Below, one piece after another: positions 1 to 9,365 of a stretch of 64,000 bases of DNA. Below the pieces are notes generated by a model. It searched no databases and was not told the DNA's origin. It saw only the letters and a list, made by a program, of their open reading frames with translations. Source of the stretch: a virus (lineage: Duplodnaviria; Caudoviricetes); IMG/VR virus record IMGVR_UViG_2571042740_000001, positions 1 through 64,000 of that record; one strand, written 5' to 3'. Made by a program: the position numbers and the translations under genes. Position 1 is the first letter of the stretch. Each line of letters opens with the position of its first letter.

Positions 1-507
1 CTACGGTAGAAAGGCCCCATACATAGCCTGATCTAACTCTGCGAAGCCAGTAGGAATACGACGCTTCTTGCTGTACTCTTGTACCTGCTTGCAACGTTTC
101 TCTGCATCATGTACAAGATCAAGTGGCTCAGAAGTATCAAGCTCATGAATACGCTCACACTGGGTATCTATGTAAGTCCATGCATCATCTACATCATCTG
201 CACCGAGTTCCTTGATTTTATTAAACATATCAAGTAATATCGTATGTCGTTTATTCTTTGTGAGTTCTTGAGTAAGGAACTCTAACGGCTCGTTTACTTG
301 TATGTAAGTAAAGTCAGGAAATGTCATCTGGAAGGTGAACTTATCAGGTATAGTACCGTACTGATCTCTGTGCTTCAGAATAAATTCTATCTGAGCAGGA
401 AACAGCTTGTAGTATGACTTATCAAACGAACAGAGTGTATCTATTTCTTCTTGGTTGTCTGATAATAAGATCCTGTTGATTACCTGTAATTCTACTGCGT
501 TAATCAT
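1..507 (-). CDS. Phage-type DnaB-like replicative helicase, N-terminal part (runs off the window)
   Basis: Ends in RRIPTGFAELDQAMYG, the typical entry into the DnaB/RecA-like ATPase domain. The N-terminus (FILKH..QYGTIPDK.TF...FPDF) resembles phage rather than chromosomal DnaB. Confidence 0.7.
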   Translation of the reverse strand: MINAVELQVINRILLSDNQEEIDTLCSFDKSYYKLFPAQIEFILKHRDQYGTIPDKFTFQMTFPDFTYIQVNEPLEFLTQELTKNKRHTILLDMFNKIKELGADDVDDAWTYIDTQCERIHELDTSEPLDLVHDAEKRCKQVQEYSKKRRIPTGFAELDQAMYGAFLP

Positions 508-1658
508 TTAATAATCACCCCCGTTAATACAGTTTTCATTCTTTCAAAGAACGGTCCTGAGCCTACCAAGGTATTCAGATTGGGGGATACTATGATAGTT
601 TGTAGCCCGTTGGTTTTACGGGTATGAATGAGATTAAGCAAGGTCTGAGCCTGAAAATCTCCGAATTTGACATAATCAATATTGGAGATAACAAGCAATT
701 TGGCCTTAGCTATGAATATTTGTTCATACTCAAACGCTTCGGGCATTTCTTTTACACTCCAACTATGTTGTATGTCATCCAGGTACTCACTGAAATTCAA
801 GTGATAAACTGCACATCTCAAACAGTTCCCTTTCCAGTGTGTGCATATCGCTGCGTAGATTAAGCGAGAAGCCATGTCTATGGTGTCAGGTGATATAACT
901 ACACTATAAGAATTAGGAGCCGCTGTGAGCCATTCTGAAACGTCTGAGAGCATCTTGGGCTGTATCTCGAAAACAGAAGAGTTACAAGACATCTTATTTC
1001 TCTCCAACAGATAAGAAAACTCCACTAAGGGCGGACAAGAATTATCGCATATGGTCCTACGACAATACTGTTTGAATGGACAATCCATAGTACCATATGC
1101 TATACCCTTGTTAAGCGCCGTTTTATATCGAGCCAGATATGGATTACGACTCTGAAAGAAATCAACACGGGCAGTTACACACTGTTTTGCAAGCTCAACA
1201 GGATCTCCGCATTTGTTTTGAATATAGTAGGTTTCTGGTGCGAACAGTGTAATATACGGCAGGAGACTACCCTTGAGAGGGTATTTATGCTGTACACCGT
1301 TATCACGTTCAAGAAGATACCTACGGACAACATATTCTTTGATAAACTCTGCGGTCTTAGGGATTACCTTACTCTCAGGCAGGCTATCCCATACTTCGAG
1401 AGTCTTATGAAGCACCCCGTCAATTTCTATATTTTCATAGAAGCTGATTTCTTCTCCATCCACCACTCTTGTAAGCTGATAGAAATGAGGGTATTTTATC
1501 ATATTCTCCCTTAGCTCATCATGACTATATCCATTGATAGGGATAATAACTCCTAAGTCCTCATCATAGTCTATACCGTCTATACGCTCATACATAGCTG
1601 CGGCACGGGTATGAATTAAATGATTAGGGTATAACTTCATCAGATTCCGATCAGTCAT
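504..1658 (-). CDS. Protein with C-terminal degenerate DnaC/IstB-like helicase-loader domain
   Basis: Cys cluster (CPF..YC...IC..SC), KLLVISNIDY (Walker B-like) and LLNLIHTR..NGLQTIIVSPN (DnaC-like). No GxxGxGKT. Overlaps the helicase start. Confidence 0.5.
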   Translation of the reverse strand: MTDRNLMKLYPNHLIHTRAAAMYERIDGIDYDEDLGVIIPINGYSHDELRENMIKYPHFYQLTRVVDGEEISFYENIEIDGVLHKTLEVWDSLPESKVIPKTAEFIKEYVVRRYLLERDNGVQHKYPLKGSLLPYITLFAPETYYIQNKCGDPVELAKQCVTARVDFFQSRNPYLARYKTALNKGIAYGTMDCPFKQYCRRTICDNSCPPLVEFSYLLERNKMSCNSSVFEIQPKMLSDVSEWLTAAPNSYSVVISPDTIDMASRLIYAAICTHWKGNCLRCAVYHLNFSEYLDDIQHSWSVKEMPEAFEYEQIFIAKAKLLVISNIDYVKFGDFQAQTLLNLIHTRKTNGLQTIIVSPNLNTLVGSGPFFERMKTVLTGVIIK

Positions 1659-1717
1659 CTTATTTACTTGAATTTCTCCGATAATTCTGTAAATTTCAAA
1701 TCAATACTCACCTACTT

Positions 1718-2074
1718 TCATTCGAGAAATATAGAGATATTATCTATATCACAGTTTTGATACAGCTCAGGTGCAATATTCTGAGCGATATTATCTACGT
1801 AATAAATATCAAAGTCATCTCTATATTCCTTTAGCTTATATTCCTCAGACTGAATATGCTGTACAAAAGCCCACCAGACGTATATAAACACCATAGTAAT
1901 TTTATTCTTCTTTTTTGCCGCATCAAACAGATAGATATATGCAGGCATGGAGGACTTAGAGGTGATTTCCTCGTCTTTATCCATCTGGCTTATCCAATAT
2001 TCAAGCTGCTTCGTAAACTCTGCGGTAGTCCCGCAGCATACGTCATAGGCATAACGAGCTATCTCATTCTGCAA
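1718..2074 (-). CDS. Hypothetical protein
   Basis: 118-aa ORF co-oriented with the helicase genes. Confidence 0.5.
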   Translation of the reverse strand: MQNEIARYAYDVCCGTTAEFTKQLEYWISQMDKDEEITSKSSMPAYIYLFDAAKKKNKITMVFIYVWWAFVQHIQSEEYKLKEYRDDFDIYYVDNIAQNIAPELYQNCDIDNISIFLE

Positions 2075-2375
2075 AGCAGTTTCCCGACCTACACTATTCT
2101 GTGCATATATACATCAAAACAGATTATTCAAGTTCTCCTTGCGAGGTAGTATGATAAAGGGGCGACTAATCCAGGTCGCCTTTTGATGTAAAAATAAGTC
2201 TAAGCAAGTACATAGACCAAATTAGAATATCTAAAATAGTCTATAGATTAAACTAGACTAAATTAGGCATAGTGGGAATACGGAAATGGAACCTGCAAAA
2301 CAACGACAGCTATTACCACAGTCAAGCGAGATGTACAACTGCAGGAATAATAAACAGTCAATGTTGAAAATGGGG

Positions 2376-2415
2376 AAAAAAGCCCCCTCAGAGCTTATAA
2401 GATAACTCTGAGGGG
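2376..2415 (-). terminator. Rho-independent terminator
   Basis: CCCCTCAGAG/CTCTGAGGGG stem followed by a T-tract on the minus strand, downstream of the dockerin fragment. Confidence 0.7.
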
Positions 2416-2452
2416 ATATGTTTTGCTTAAACGTAGTCAATAGCAGCGTTCA

Positions 2453-2689
2453 TCAAAGAATAATACTGTATCCTCTTACATTATAAAGATAATACTCCAT
2501 AGATGGCCATTCTGTTACATAGTTACCGTCGCTGTCTCTGAGTGATGCAGCGTATGAGTAGTAAGCAAGAACGAGACTCGCATCTGTCGCATTGATCTGG
2601 CCGTCTCTGTTAATGTCATAAGCAACAAGCACGATCATATGATTATAAATGTCTCTATTATACTGTGTGGGTACGTCCTTCCAAGTTTG
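2453..2689 (-). pseudogene. 3' fragment of a dockerin-containing gene, probably cut by the element
   Basis: YDINRDGQINATDASLVLAYYS is a Ruminococcus-type dockerin Ca-binding repeat. The frame stays open upstream of ATG2638 to an in-frame TGA at 2690-2692. There is no RBS and the first dockerin repeat is missing. Confidence 0.7.
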
Positions 2690-2992
2690 TCAGTAGGGAT
2701 TGCTCAATCGGCGGAGAATGAAAATCCCGATTTTACGCCATTTTCTTAAAATCCGGTATTTTTGGATAGTTCCGAGCGAGGGATAAAGTTCTATTTTTGA
2801 AATGTTCATTCTGGCAGAATATCCCCTTATCAGAGGGATAAATGAAAAACAGCCCACCAGGTATGTCTCCGTCTTACGAATTATATCGTAATTTGGAAAC
2901 ACACCCAGTGGGCTGCTTCATTATTTACTTTTATGTATCGGCCTCACGGATCTTCCGCATCTGGATGCGATGGAAATATCATTCGGCGCTTA

Positions 2993-3021
2993 TTGCAATA
3001 AACCCCAATATATGGTATAAT
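2993..3021 (+). promoter_or_regulatory. Sigma-A promoter antisense to the LSR operon
   Basis: TTGCAA-17 bp-TATAAT with extended TG. Confidence 0.55.
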
Positions 3022-3039
3022 ACAGCTGATATCTACAGT

Positions 3040-3420
3040 TCAGCCTACCAGATGTCCTTCCTGCACACGATACGCCGTTGTAAGGTCGAATACGACCAAA
3101 TCTCGGTCAGGCACAGCTATGCCGCGTATACGGTATGTGGACTTCATATCCCAGCCGCAGGTCTGATATATAAAACGTACCATATCCATGCTTTTGAGCT
3201 CATAACTATCGTGTGAAGTATCCTCTGACAGCTGATGAGCTCCGCTTGACTTATAGCTGCACTTCTCAACAGCCAGCTTTCCATTCTCCGGATCTAACAG
3301 AAATCTGAAATACTGCGGTAAGCCAATAGCTTTCAGAGTTGTCTTGAATACAGTGATCCGTCCATATGCAACCGAGAAGCTGATTCCAAGATCAGCATTC
3401 TCCCACGACAGGTTCTCCAT
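3040..3420 (-). CDS. Stand-alone X-domain protein, paralog of the LSR C-terminal domain
   Basis: Aligns by eye with 3392..4186 and with the C-terminus of 4158..6014. Confidence 0.75.
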   Translation of the reverse strand: MENLSWENADLGISFSVAYGRITVFKTTLKAIGLPQYFRFLLDPENGKLAVEKCSYKSSGAHQLSEDTSHDSYELKSMDMVRFIYQTCGWDMKSTYRIRGIAVPDRDLVVFDLTTAYRVQEGHLVG

Positions 3421-4186
3421 CTGACACCTCCTCTTCTACGTCAGGGTATACTTCGCCCGTAGAATTTGCAGGGGCAGAATTATCCTCAAGAGTAAGCTGC
3501 TTGCCAGCCTGCTCGATCTCCACAGGTTTCTTGTCGCCTGTGAGCATAGCTACGTTGATATACCCGTTCTCGACTGTGACCTGTGTCTGCTTTTTATGCT
3601 CTTCCACAGGGACTCCGAATGTTCCAGCAATATCCTCGGAGTAGTATCCCTTCTTGTAGTCCACGGTCTCGTCGATCACTTCGCCCTTCTTGGGCTTTTC
3701 ACGGAATGTCTCCTTCACGATCAGGTCGAAAACATAATAGGTCTCGCCCTCAAACTCAATCTTATAGCCCAGTATCTTATAACGGCACTTAGAATCCCAA
3801 TGCATGAGTTCATACAGCTTATCCGTAAAATCGGGGCAGGTCATCTTACGGCTCTTACGCTTATCCGGCTTGGCTATGCACCAGCGCAGAGCATCCTTGT
3901 CGTTCTCCTGACAGCCCTTGACCGCAAACTTTTTCTCGTCTTCGCAAAGCAGCAGCTGTACAAAGACCACATCTTCCAGACCGTTGATGCAGGCGGTATT
4001 GAATGTGATACTGCCTTTTCTGATCGTAACAGCCGGATCACGCAGGTGTGCAAACAGTTCCTTGCGGACAACCACAAAGTTATAGCTTCCGAAAGCCTGT
4101 TCCAGCTCTCTTCTTCGGAGTTCCTTTTCGGTAGTCAGTTCTTCGAGCGTCATTTCTTCACTCGTCGGCATCATCTGCTCGGTCAT
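3392..4186 (-). CDS. X-domain protein with acidic tail
   Basis: AVTIRKGSITFNTAC...LMHWDSKCRYKILG...VFDL. Overlaps both neighbours. Confidence 0.8.
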   Translation of the reverse strand: MTEQMMPTSEEMTLEELTTEKELRRRELEQAFGSYNFVVVRKELFAHLRDPAVTIRKGSITFNTACINGLEDVVFVQLLLCEDEKKFAVKGCQENDKDALRWCIAKPDKRKSRKMTCPDFTDKLYELMHWDSKCRYKILGYKIEFEGETYYVFDLIVKETFREKPKKGEVIDETVDYKKGYYSEDIAGTFGVPVEEHKKQTQVTVENGYINVAMLTGDKKPVEIEQAGKQLTLEDNSAPANSTGEVYPDVEEEVSDGEPVVGEC

Positions 4187-6014
4187 ATCCTAAGTCCCAT
4201 CCTTCCATAATTGTTTCGGCTTCCTTCATCAGCTCTGCAAGAGTTTCTGAAGATAGTGCATTCATTTCTTCTATAACCTTTGCCGGTCTGAGAACATCCC
4301 AGTCACCACTGTAGTGCTGCTGTGACAGCAGATGTCCGCGTGTAATCGATACGATCGGAGTTCCAAAACCTGCACCCCATGACGGCGGATAGACTCTCAC
4401 AGTTTCCTGAACCACGATCTGCTCCTCATCATCTTTTTCCGGGACGATGACCTGCTCTACTGTTTTCGACACTACGGGTTCGTCCAGTTCAAATAAAAGG
4501 AGCTTATCAGAGCCGTTGCTGCGGAATTCTCCCTTAAATCTGTACTTGCCGTCATCCTCCCACGACATCAGGCTGAATATGACCTTTGCCAGCCCACGGC
4601 AACTCATGCTGTTCACGATCCACTTATCTTCTTTCAACCTTCCCCAGTGGATCGCATTCGGATTATCGCTCTCACAAGGGCGGATCGCGATGCAGTTATT
4701 CACAGTGTTGATAAGCAGTTCAACGTACTCTACATCCTCAAATTTCTTTAAGCACGCAGTACTAAAGCGCATCTTTCCGCCTGAAATCGTCAGAGACAGG
4801 TTATCAGAAGATGGAAAGAAATGTGAACTGACACGCTGATATCCGTTCAGATTCAGCTTTAGACCTGACTGGACATATTCTTCCTTTTCAATAACGGTCT
4901 GAACACTTTCACAGGCCTTCTGATAGTCCTCAGGAGAAAAGCCCTCCCAGTTCCGGTCAATCGGAACATATCCTTTGAGCGCACCGTCCACCACAACGCT
5001 TAGCACGGGCAGGGCATGCTTTTTTCTTTTGTAAAATGCAGATGCGCGGATAATCTGGGCAGCATTGAATACTTCACGGCTGATGATAGCATCGTGATGA
5101 TCACGCTTTCTATATTTGGGGAGCTTGCCGTCATTTTTTACTGCCTTATGCGTTTTGAAATCAGGCGTGTAAGTCTTATGAGCAAGGACATCGCCGCAAT
5201 GACGCTCATTGTCTATAATTTGGGTTATCCATGAAGATTTCCACTCGGTATTGCCAAGCTTGGTCTCACGCTGATAATCCGTCAGAAGATCGGCAATTTC
5301 CTTACTTGACCATCCGTTCACATACAGATAGTAAATGACCTTGACTGTCTCCGCCTCGGACTCGTTTATTACCAGTCCGCCGTCCTCGTCGTTGTCATAG
5401 CCCAGAAGCTCCGGAGTCAGGAAGATTCCGTTCTGGAAACGGCGCTGGACAGACCAGTTCATGATGAAGGACTTGGAGCGTGACTCCTCCTCGGCAACAG
5501 TAGCGAGGATAGTCAGAAGCATAGTGCCTTCTGCGCCCAGTGTGCAGAGATTGTTTTCATCAAAGCGCACGCCAACACCGTAGTTTTTCAACTCCTGAAC
5601 GATAGAGAGGCAGTCAACAACATTTCTGGCGAAACGAGCGATGGATTTCACAAGGATAAGCTGGACTTTTCCTGCTTTTGCATCCTCGATCAGAGACAGC
5701 ATACCTGCACGGTGAGACAATTCGGTTCCGGAAATACCTTCATCACTGTAGATGCCGGCAAACTCCCAGTTCGGATTCTCATTGATACGCTTGGTGAAAT
5801 CATTGACCTGTAATTCAAACGAGGAGGTCTGCTCGTCATTCTGTGTAGAGACACGGACATAGGCAGCGACCTTCATCTTCCTGTTTTCAATATCAAGGTC
5901 ACTATCTTCATTTGCAGGGATGACTTCAATCTCTGAAGGATCGATTCCCTTGTATTTTTCCCTGATCTCGCCTTTATGTTCAGAATTCCTGATTCTGCGC
6001 TTTGACGCCTTCAT
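4158..6014 (-). CDS. Large serine recombinase with C-terminal X domain
   Basis: AAYVRVST catalytic motif, KSIARFARN, recombinase domain (LLGYD...NERHCGD...HDAIISRE). Confidence 0.92.
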   Translation of the reverse strand: MKASKRRIRNSEHKGEIREKYKGIDPSEIEVIPANEDSDLDIENRKMKVAAYVRVSTQNDEQTSSFELQVNDFTKRINENPNWEFAGIYSDEGISGTELSHRAGMLSLIEDAKAGKVQLILVKSIARFARNVVDCLSIVQELKNYGVGVRFDENNLCTLGAEGTMLLTILATVAEEESRSKSFIMNWSVQRRFQNGIFLTPELLGYDNDEDGGLVINESEAETVKVIYYLYVNGWSSKEIADLLTDYQRETKLGNTEWKSSWITQIIDNERHCGDVLAHKTYTPDFKTHKAVKNDGKLPKYRKRDHHDAIISREVFNAAQIIRASAFYKRKKHALPVLSVVVDGALKGYVPIDRNWEGFSPEDYQKACESVQTVIEKEEYVQSGLKLNLNGYQRVSSHFFPSSDNLSLTISGGKMRFSTACLKKFEDVEYVELLINTVNNCIAIRPCESDNPNAIHWGRLKEDKWIVNSMSCRGLAKVIFSLMSWEDDGKYRFKGEFRSNGSDKLLLFELDEPVVSKTVEQVIVPEKDDEEQIVVQETVRVYPPSWGAGFGTPIVSITRGHLLSQQHYSGDWDVLRPAKVIEEMNALSSETLAELMKEAETIMEGWDLGYDRADDADE

Positions 6015-7050
6015 TATTGCCCCCTGAGTGTGATGATTTAGCTGCTTCTCCTGGCATTATCCAATACCAGGTCTTCATTTTTCGATATGACTTAATGCCG
6101 AGTTCTATTTTGACTTCATTCATAGTTTTTTCTCCGATACGGTATTCTGCCATGAGACGCTTTATCTCCATAGCCTCCACCGCACCTTTCTCCAAAGCCA
6201 TCTTTAAAAGAAAAGCTGCGCGCTCATGCTTATTGATTGGTAACTCTTCAATACTAGGCTCTGAATTACAAGATAAAACTATTCCGGGTCTCTCTGACGT
6301 ACCAATCCACCTGAATCCTGTGGTCGGACGTATCTCAAATAACAGATCTGCCCCTTTAGATTCTAGGCTGTTCTTTACCTGCCTTACAATACGGACATCC
6401 TCGTCCTCAGAGCTTCTCTCTACCTGAAGAACACTGCGAGCGGCAGCAACAACATCTATACTGCCTAGTCCACGATACAGATCCTTTGCACCTTCATTTT
6501 TACTGAAGTGTCCAATCAGTACAACAGCACATTTATATGTTGATGCCCACATTCCAATGCGGCGCATCAGTTTTCTTGCTTTTCCTGCCATCTGGAGGTC
6601 AGAATCATTACCGATATATGATTGAATCGGATCAATAACCACAAGACGAGGATTCCATTCGATAATAGCTCTACGGATTCGCTCATCATCAAGAGTCAGT
6701 CCATTGTAGACTTCTTCATCAATAAAAGCTATATTCCGGCAGTCGGCACCCGCGGCAACAAGTCTTGGTTTTATCGTATCCTTAACTCCATCCTCGGAAC
6801 ACTGATAAATGACCCTCTTCGGAGAACCAAATGATCTGCCATCAGGAGTTTGACCACCTTTTGAGAGTTCTGCGATCAAACTCATCATCAAGCTTGACTT
6901 TCCGCAGCCGGGATCGCCTTGCAGAAGTGTGATTTTACCAAGAGCAATATACGGCTGCCACAGCCAGCTGACGGGAACCGCTGATATGTCACTAAATAAA
7001 GTTAGTATTTTCGATTCCACAGTATTGCACACTCCCGTCTCAGTCATCAT
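5980..7050 (-). CDS. AAA_25/RepA-like RecA-fold ATPase
   Basis: Walker A GDPGCGKS, Walker B LVVIDPIQSY, GSIDVVAAARSVL. Confidence 0.85.
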   Translation of the reverse strand: MMTETGVCNTVESKILTLFSDISAVPVSWLWQPYIALGKITLLQGDPGCGKSSLMMSLIAELSKGGQTPDGRSFGSPKRVIYQCSEDGVKDTIKPRLVAAGADCRNIAFIDEEVYNGLTLDDERIRRAIIEWNPRLVVIDPIQSYIGNDSDLQMAGKARKLMRRIGMWASTYKCAVVLIGHFSKNEGAKDLYRGLGSIDVVAAARSVLQVERSSEDEDVRIVRQVKNSLESKGADLLFEIRPTTGFRWIGTSERPGIVLSCNSEPSIEELPINKHERAAFLLKMALEKGAVEAMEIKRLMAEYRIGEKTMNEVKIELGIKSYRKMKTWYWIMPGEAAKSSHSGGNNEGVKAQNQEF

Positions 7051-7093
7051 TATTTCATCTTCAATTATACAGTATGTAAGGATATCTTACAAC

Positions 7094-7192
7094 GAACCAA
7101 TGGATAGAATAATAGCGGTTTATTAGAACCAATAGATAGAATTATCTCTTAAGATGGTGCAATAGTAGGGAGAAAAGCAACCGCCATCTTAA
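7094..7192. repeat. 20-bp direct repeat pair plus 9-bp inverted repeat in a divergent promoter region
   Basis: GAACCAAT(G/A)GATAGAAT(A/T)AT at 7094 and 7126. TTAAGATGG at 7149 and CCATCTTAA at 7184. Confidence 0.75.
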
Positions 7193-7207
7193 AATTCAGA
7201 AAACAGC

Positions 7208-7236
7208 TTGCTATGTGTTCAACATGATGGTAATAT
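7208..7236 (+). promoter_or_regulatory. Promoter of the XRE regulator
   Basis: TTGCTA-17 bp-TAATAT. Confidence 0.6.
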
Positions 7237-7275
7237 ATATACTGCCATGCGGGCCATATAGAAAGGCTGAATTAT

Positions 7276-7617
7276 ATGGATGCAAAATTCGATTTAATCG
7301 GTATGCGGATTAAACTCTTTAGAGAAAACAATGGTTTATCGCAGGAGGAGCTGGGAGACAGAATTGGCATTTCGAATAGACACTTAAGCAAAGTTGAAAC
7401 GGGTGCCAAAAACCCAAGTCTTGAACTTGTACTGAAAATAGCTAATGCTCTAAAAATCACTGTAGACGACCTCCTCACAGATTATCTTACAAATTCCAAT
7501 GAGGAGCAGAACACAGAATTGCTGACTTTTTTCAGTGACTGCACTCCTGCGGAAAAAGCTATCCTCATGGATATGCTCAGACACATGAAAAAGCTCCTTC
7601 AGGAGCACGGAATCTAA
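7276..7617 (+). CDS. XRE-family HTH regulator
   Basis: LSQEELGDRIGISNRHLSKVETGAKNPSLE. Confidence 0.9.
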   Translation: MDAKFDLIGMRIKLFRENNGLSQEELGDRIGISNRHLSKVETGAKNPSLELVLKIANALKITVDDLLTDYLTNSNEEQNTELLTFFSDCTPAEKAILMDMLRHMKKLLQEHGI

Positions 7618-7622
7618 AACAA

Positions 7623-7697
7623 AAATACTGCCCGCATAGGCAGCAGAGCATCCGGATCAGGTCTTGGGTGCTTCTGCTCTCTACACGGGCAGTATTT
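7623..7697. terminator. Long hairpin between convergent genes
   Basis: AAATACTGCCCG/CGGGCAGTATTT arms with further inner pairing. Confidence 0.7.
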
Positions 7698-7708
7698 CTC
7701 ATATATTT

Positions 7709-8119
7709 TTATTCGCCGGCTTTCAGCGCATAGTACAGTTTGGTGATGTATTCAGCCAGTTCGGCGCTCATATTCATCACAACCGATTTGCCGGAGATAT
7801 TATCCAGCATTTCCTTGGCGGATGCAAAGATATCTCCAATATCGGAATCCGAATGATCGGTTTGATCTGCTTTCACAAATGCAACCGCTTCATCGATCAG
7901 TTTTGCAAGGTGCTCGCCTTCAAGCACTGTCTTTAGCGGAATCGCATCCTGATCTTTGGCAAGAGCCGGAAGCTTCAGCACAATACCTTCGCTGAGCACA
8001 GCAGCCAGTTTTTGCTCGGCATCCTTACATCTGACAAGATATGTGCGTAGCAGAATTGCGATAATACGATCTCCGAAAGGAATGTCATCAATGCTCACAG
8101 AGTAAAATGGATGTTTCAT
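7709..8119 (-). CDS. Hypothetical protein
   Basis: 136-aa ORF with GGAGG RBS. Confidence 0.65.
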   Translation of the reverse strand: MKHPFYSVSIDDIPFGDRIIAILLRTYLVRCKDAEQKLAAVLSEGIVLKLPALAKDQDAIPLKTVLEGEHLAKLIDEAVAFVKADQTDHSDSDIGDIFASAKEMLDNISGKSVVMNMSAELAEYITKLYYALKAGE

Positions 8120-8294
8120 TTTATGTACCTCCTACGTGGGTTTCTTTTGCTTATCAGCTTACTACAAAAAAATTTACATTGCAAGAGGTAACAGAAAAGT
8201 TTGTAATAGCATTACAAAAACGATGCCCACAAACTATGCTTTCAATCGGCAAATTATCTATGCCATTTGAAGACGTAGTAAGTGGGCATTATGT

Positions 8295-9362
8295 TTATTT
8301 ATAGTATTCAGCGTACCACTGCGCGAACTTTCTCAGTCCTTCACGGATGCTGATCGTCGGTCTGAAACCGTAGTCATCCTCCAGAGCTTTACTGTCCGCA
8401 TAGGTCACAGGTACATCTCCGGGCTGCATTCCGACTAGTTCTCTGTGTCCCTCAAAGTCATAATCAGCCGGAAGAACACCTGCATTCACAAGCTCTTCCT
8501 GTAATGTGCTGATATAGTCCAGCAGGTTCTCAGGAGTACCGCCGCCGATGTTATACACGGCATAAGGCGGAAGCGGCAGTCCGTCCTCGCCGTTCTGCTT
8601 CTCCGGCGCTCCCTGCATGACTCTGTATACGCCCTCAACAATATCGTCAACGTATGTGAAGTCGCGCTTGCAGTTGCCGTAGTTGAAGATCTTGATCGTC
8701 CCGTCTTTCGCTAAAGTGTTCGTAGCTGAGAAGTAGAACATATCCGGTCTGCCTGCAGGACCATAAACTGTAAAGAAACGTAAGCCGGTTGAAGGAATGT
8801 TGTAGAGTTTGGAATAGCTGTGAGCAAGAAGCTCGTTGCTCTTCTTAGTTGCAGCGTAAAGACTTACCGGATTATCCACCTTGTCCTCAGTACTGAACGG
8901 AACCTTCTTGTTTCCGCCATAGACAGAAGAGCTTGACGCATACACAAGATGCTCTACAGGATTATGACGGCAGGCTTCAAGGATATTGTAGAAACCGATG
9001 ATATTGCTTTCAATATACACATCCGGGTGGTCGATGGAATAACGGACACCTGCCTGTGCTGCTAAGTTGACCACTACATCAAAGTGATACTCAGCAAACA
9101 GCTTGTCGATCAGTGCCTTATCGCCAATTGAACCTTTCACAAATATGTGTCTGACTGGCGAAGTGATCGCAGCTTCTTTGATAAGAGACAGACGATATTC
9201 CTTCAGTGCCGGGTCATAGTAGTCATTCATATTGTCAAGAGAGACCACTGTGCCGGATGACATTTCTTTCAGCAGTCTCAGCACAAGGTATGCACCGATG
9301 AATCCGGGAGAACCGGTCACAAGGATGGTCTTGCCGTTTAAATCAATTCTGGTTTTGCTCAT
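8295..9362 (-). CDS. NAD-dependent UDP-glucuronate 4-epimerase (CapI/WbnF-like SDR)
   Basis: ILVTGSPGFIG, NLAAQAGVRYS, YASSSSVYG, YAATKK, GLRFFTVYGPAGRPDM. Confidence 0.9.
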   Translation of the reverse strand: MSKTRIDLNGKTILVTGSPGFIGAYLVLRLLKEMSSGTVVSLDNMNDYYDPALKEYRLSLIKEAAITSPVRHIFVKGSIGDKALIDKLFAEYHFDVVVNLAAQAGVRYSIDHPDVYIESNIIGFYNILEACRHNPVEHLVYASSSSVYGGNKKVPFSTEDKVDNPVSLYAATKKSNELLAHSYSKLYNIPSTGLRFFTVYGPAGRPDMFYFSATNTLAKDGTIKIFNYGNCKRDFTYVDDIVEGVYRVMQGAPEKQNGEDGLPLPPYAVYNIGGGTPENLLDYISTLQEELVNAGVLPADYDFEGHRELVGMQPGDVPVTYADSKALEDDYGFRPTISIREGLRKFAQWYAEYYK

Positions 9363-9365
9363 ATC

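Noticed and set aside
2705-2735. CGGAGAAT...ATCCCG near the junction resembling 14311 and 48071, as shared recombinase sites
   Set aside because: The match is too short and gapped to distinguish from chance by eye.
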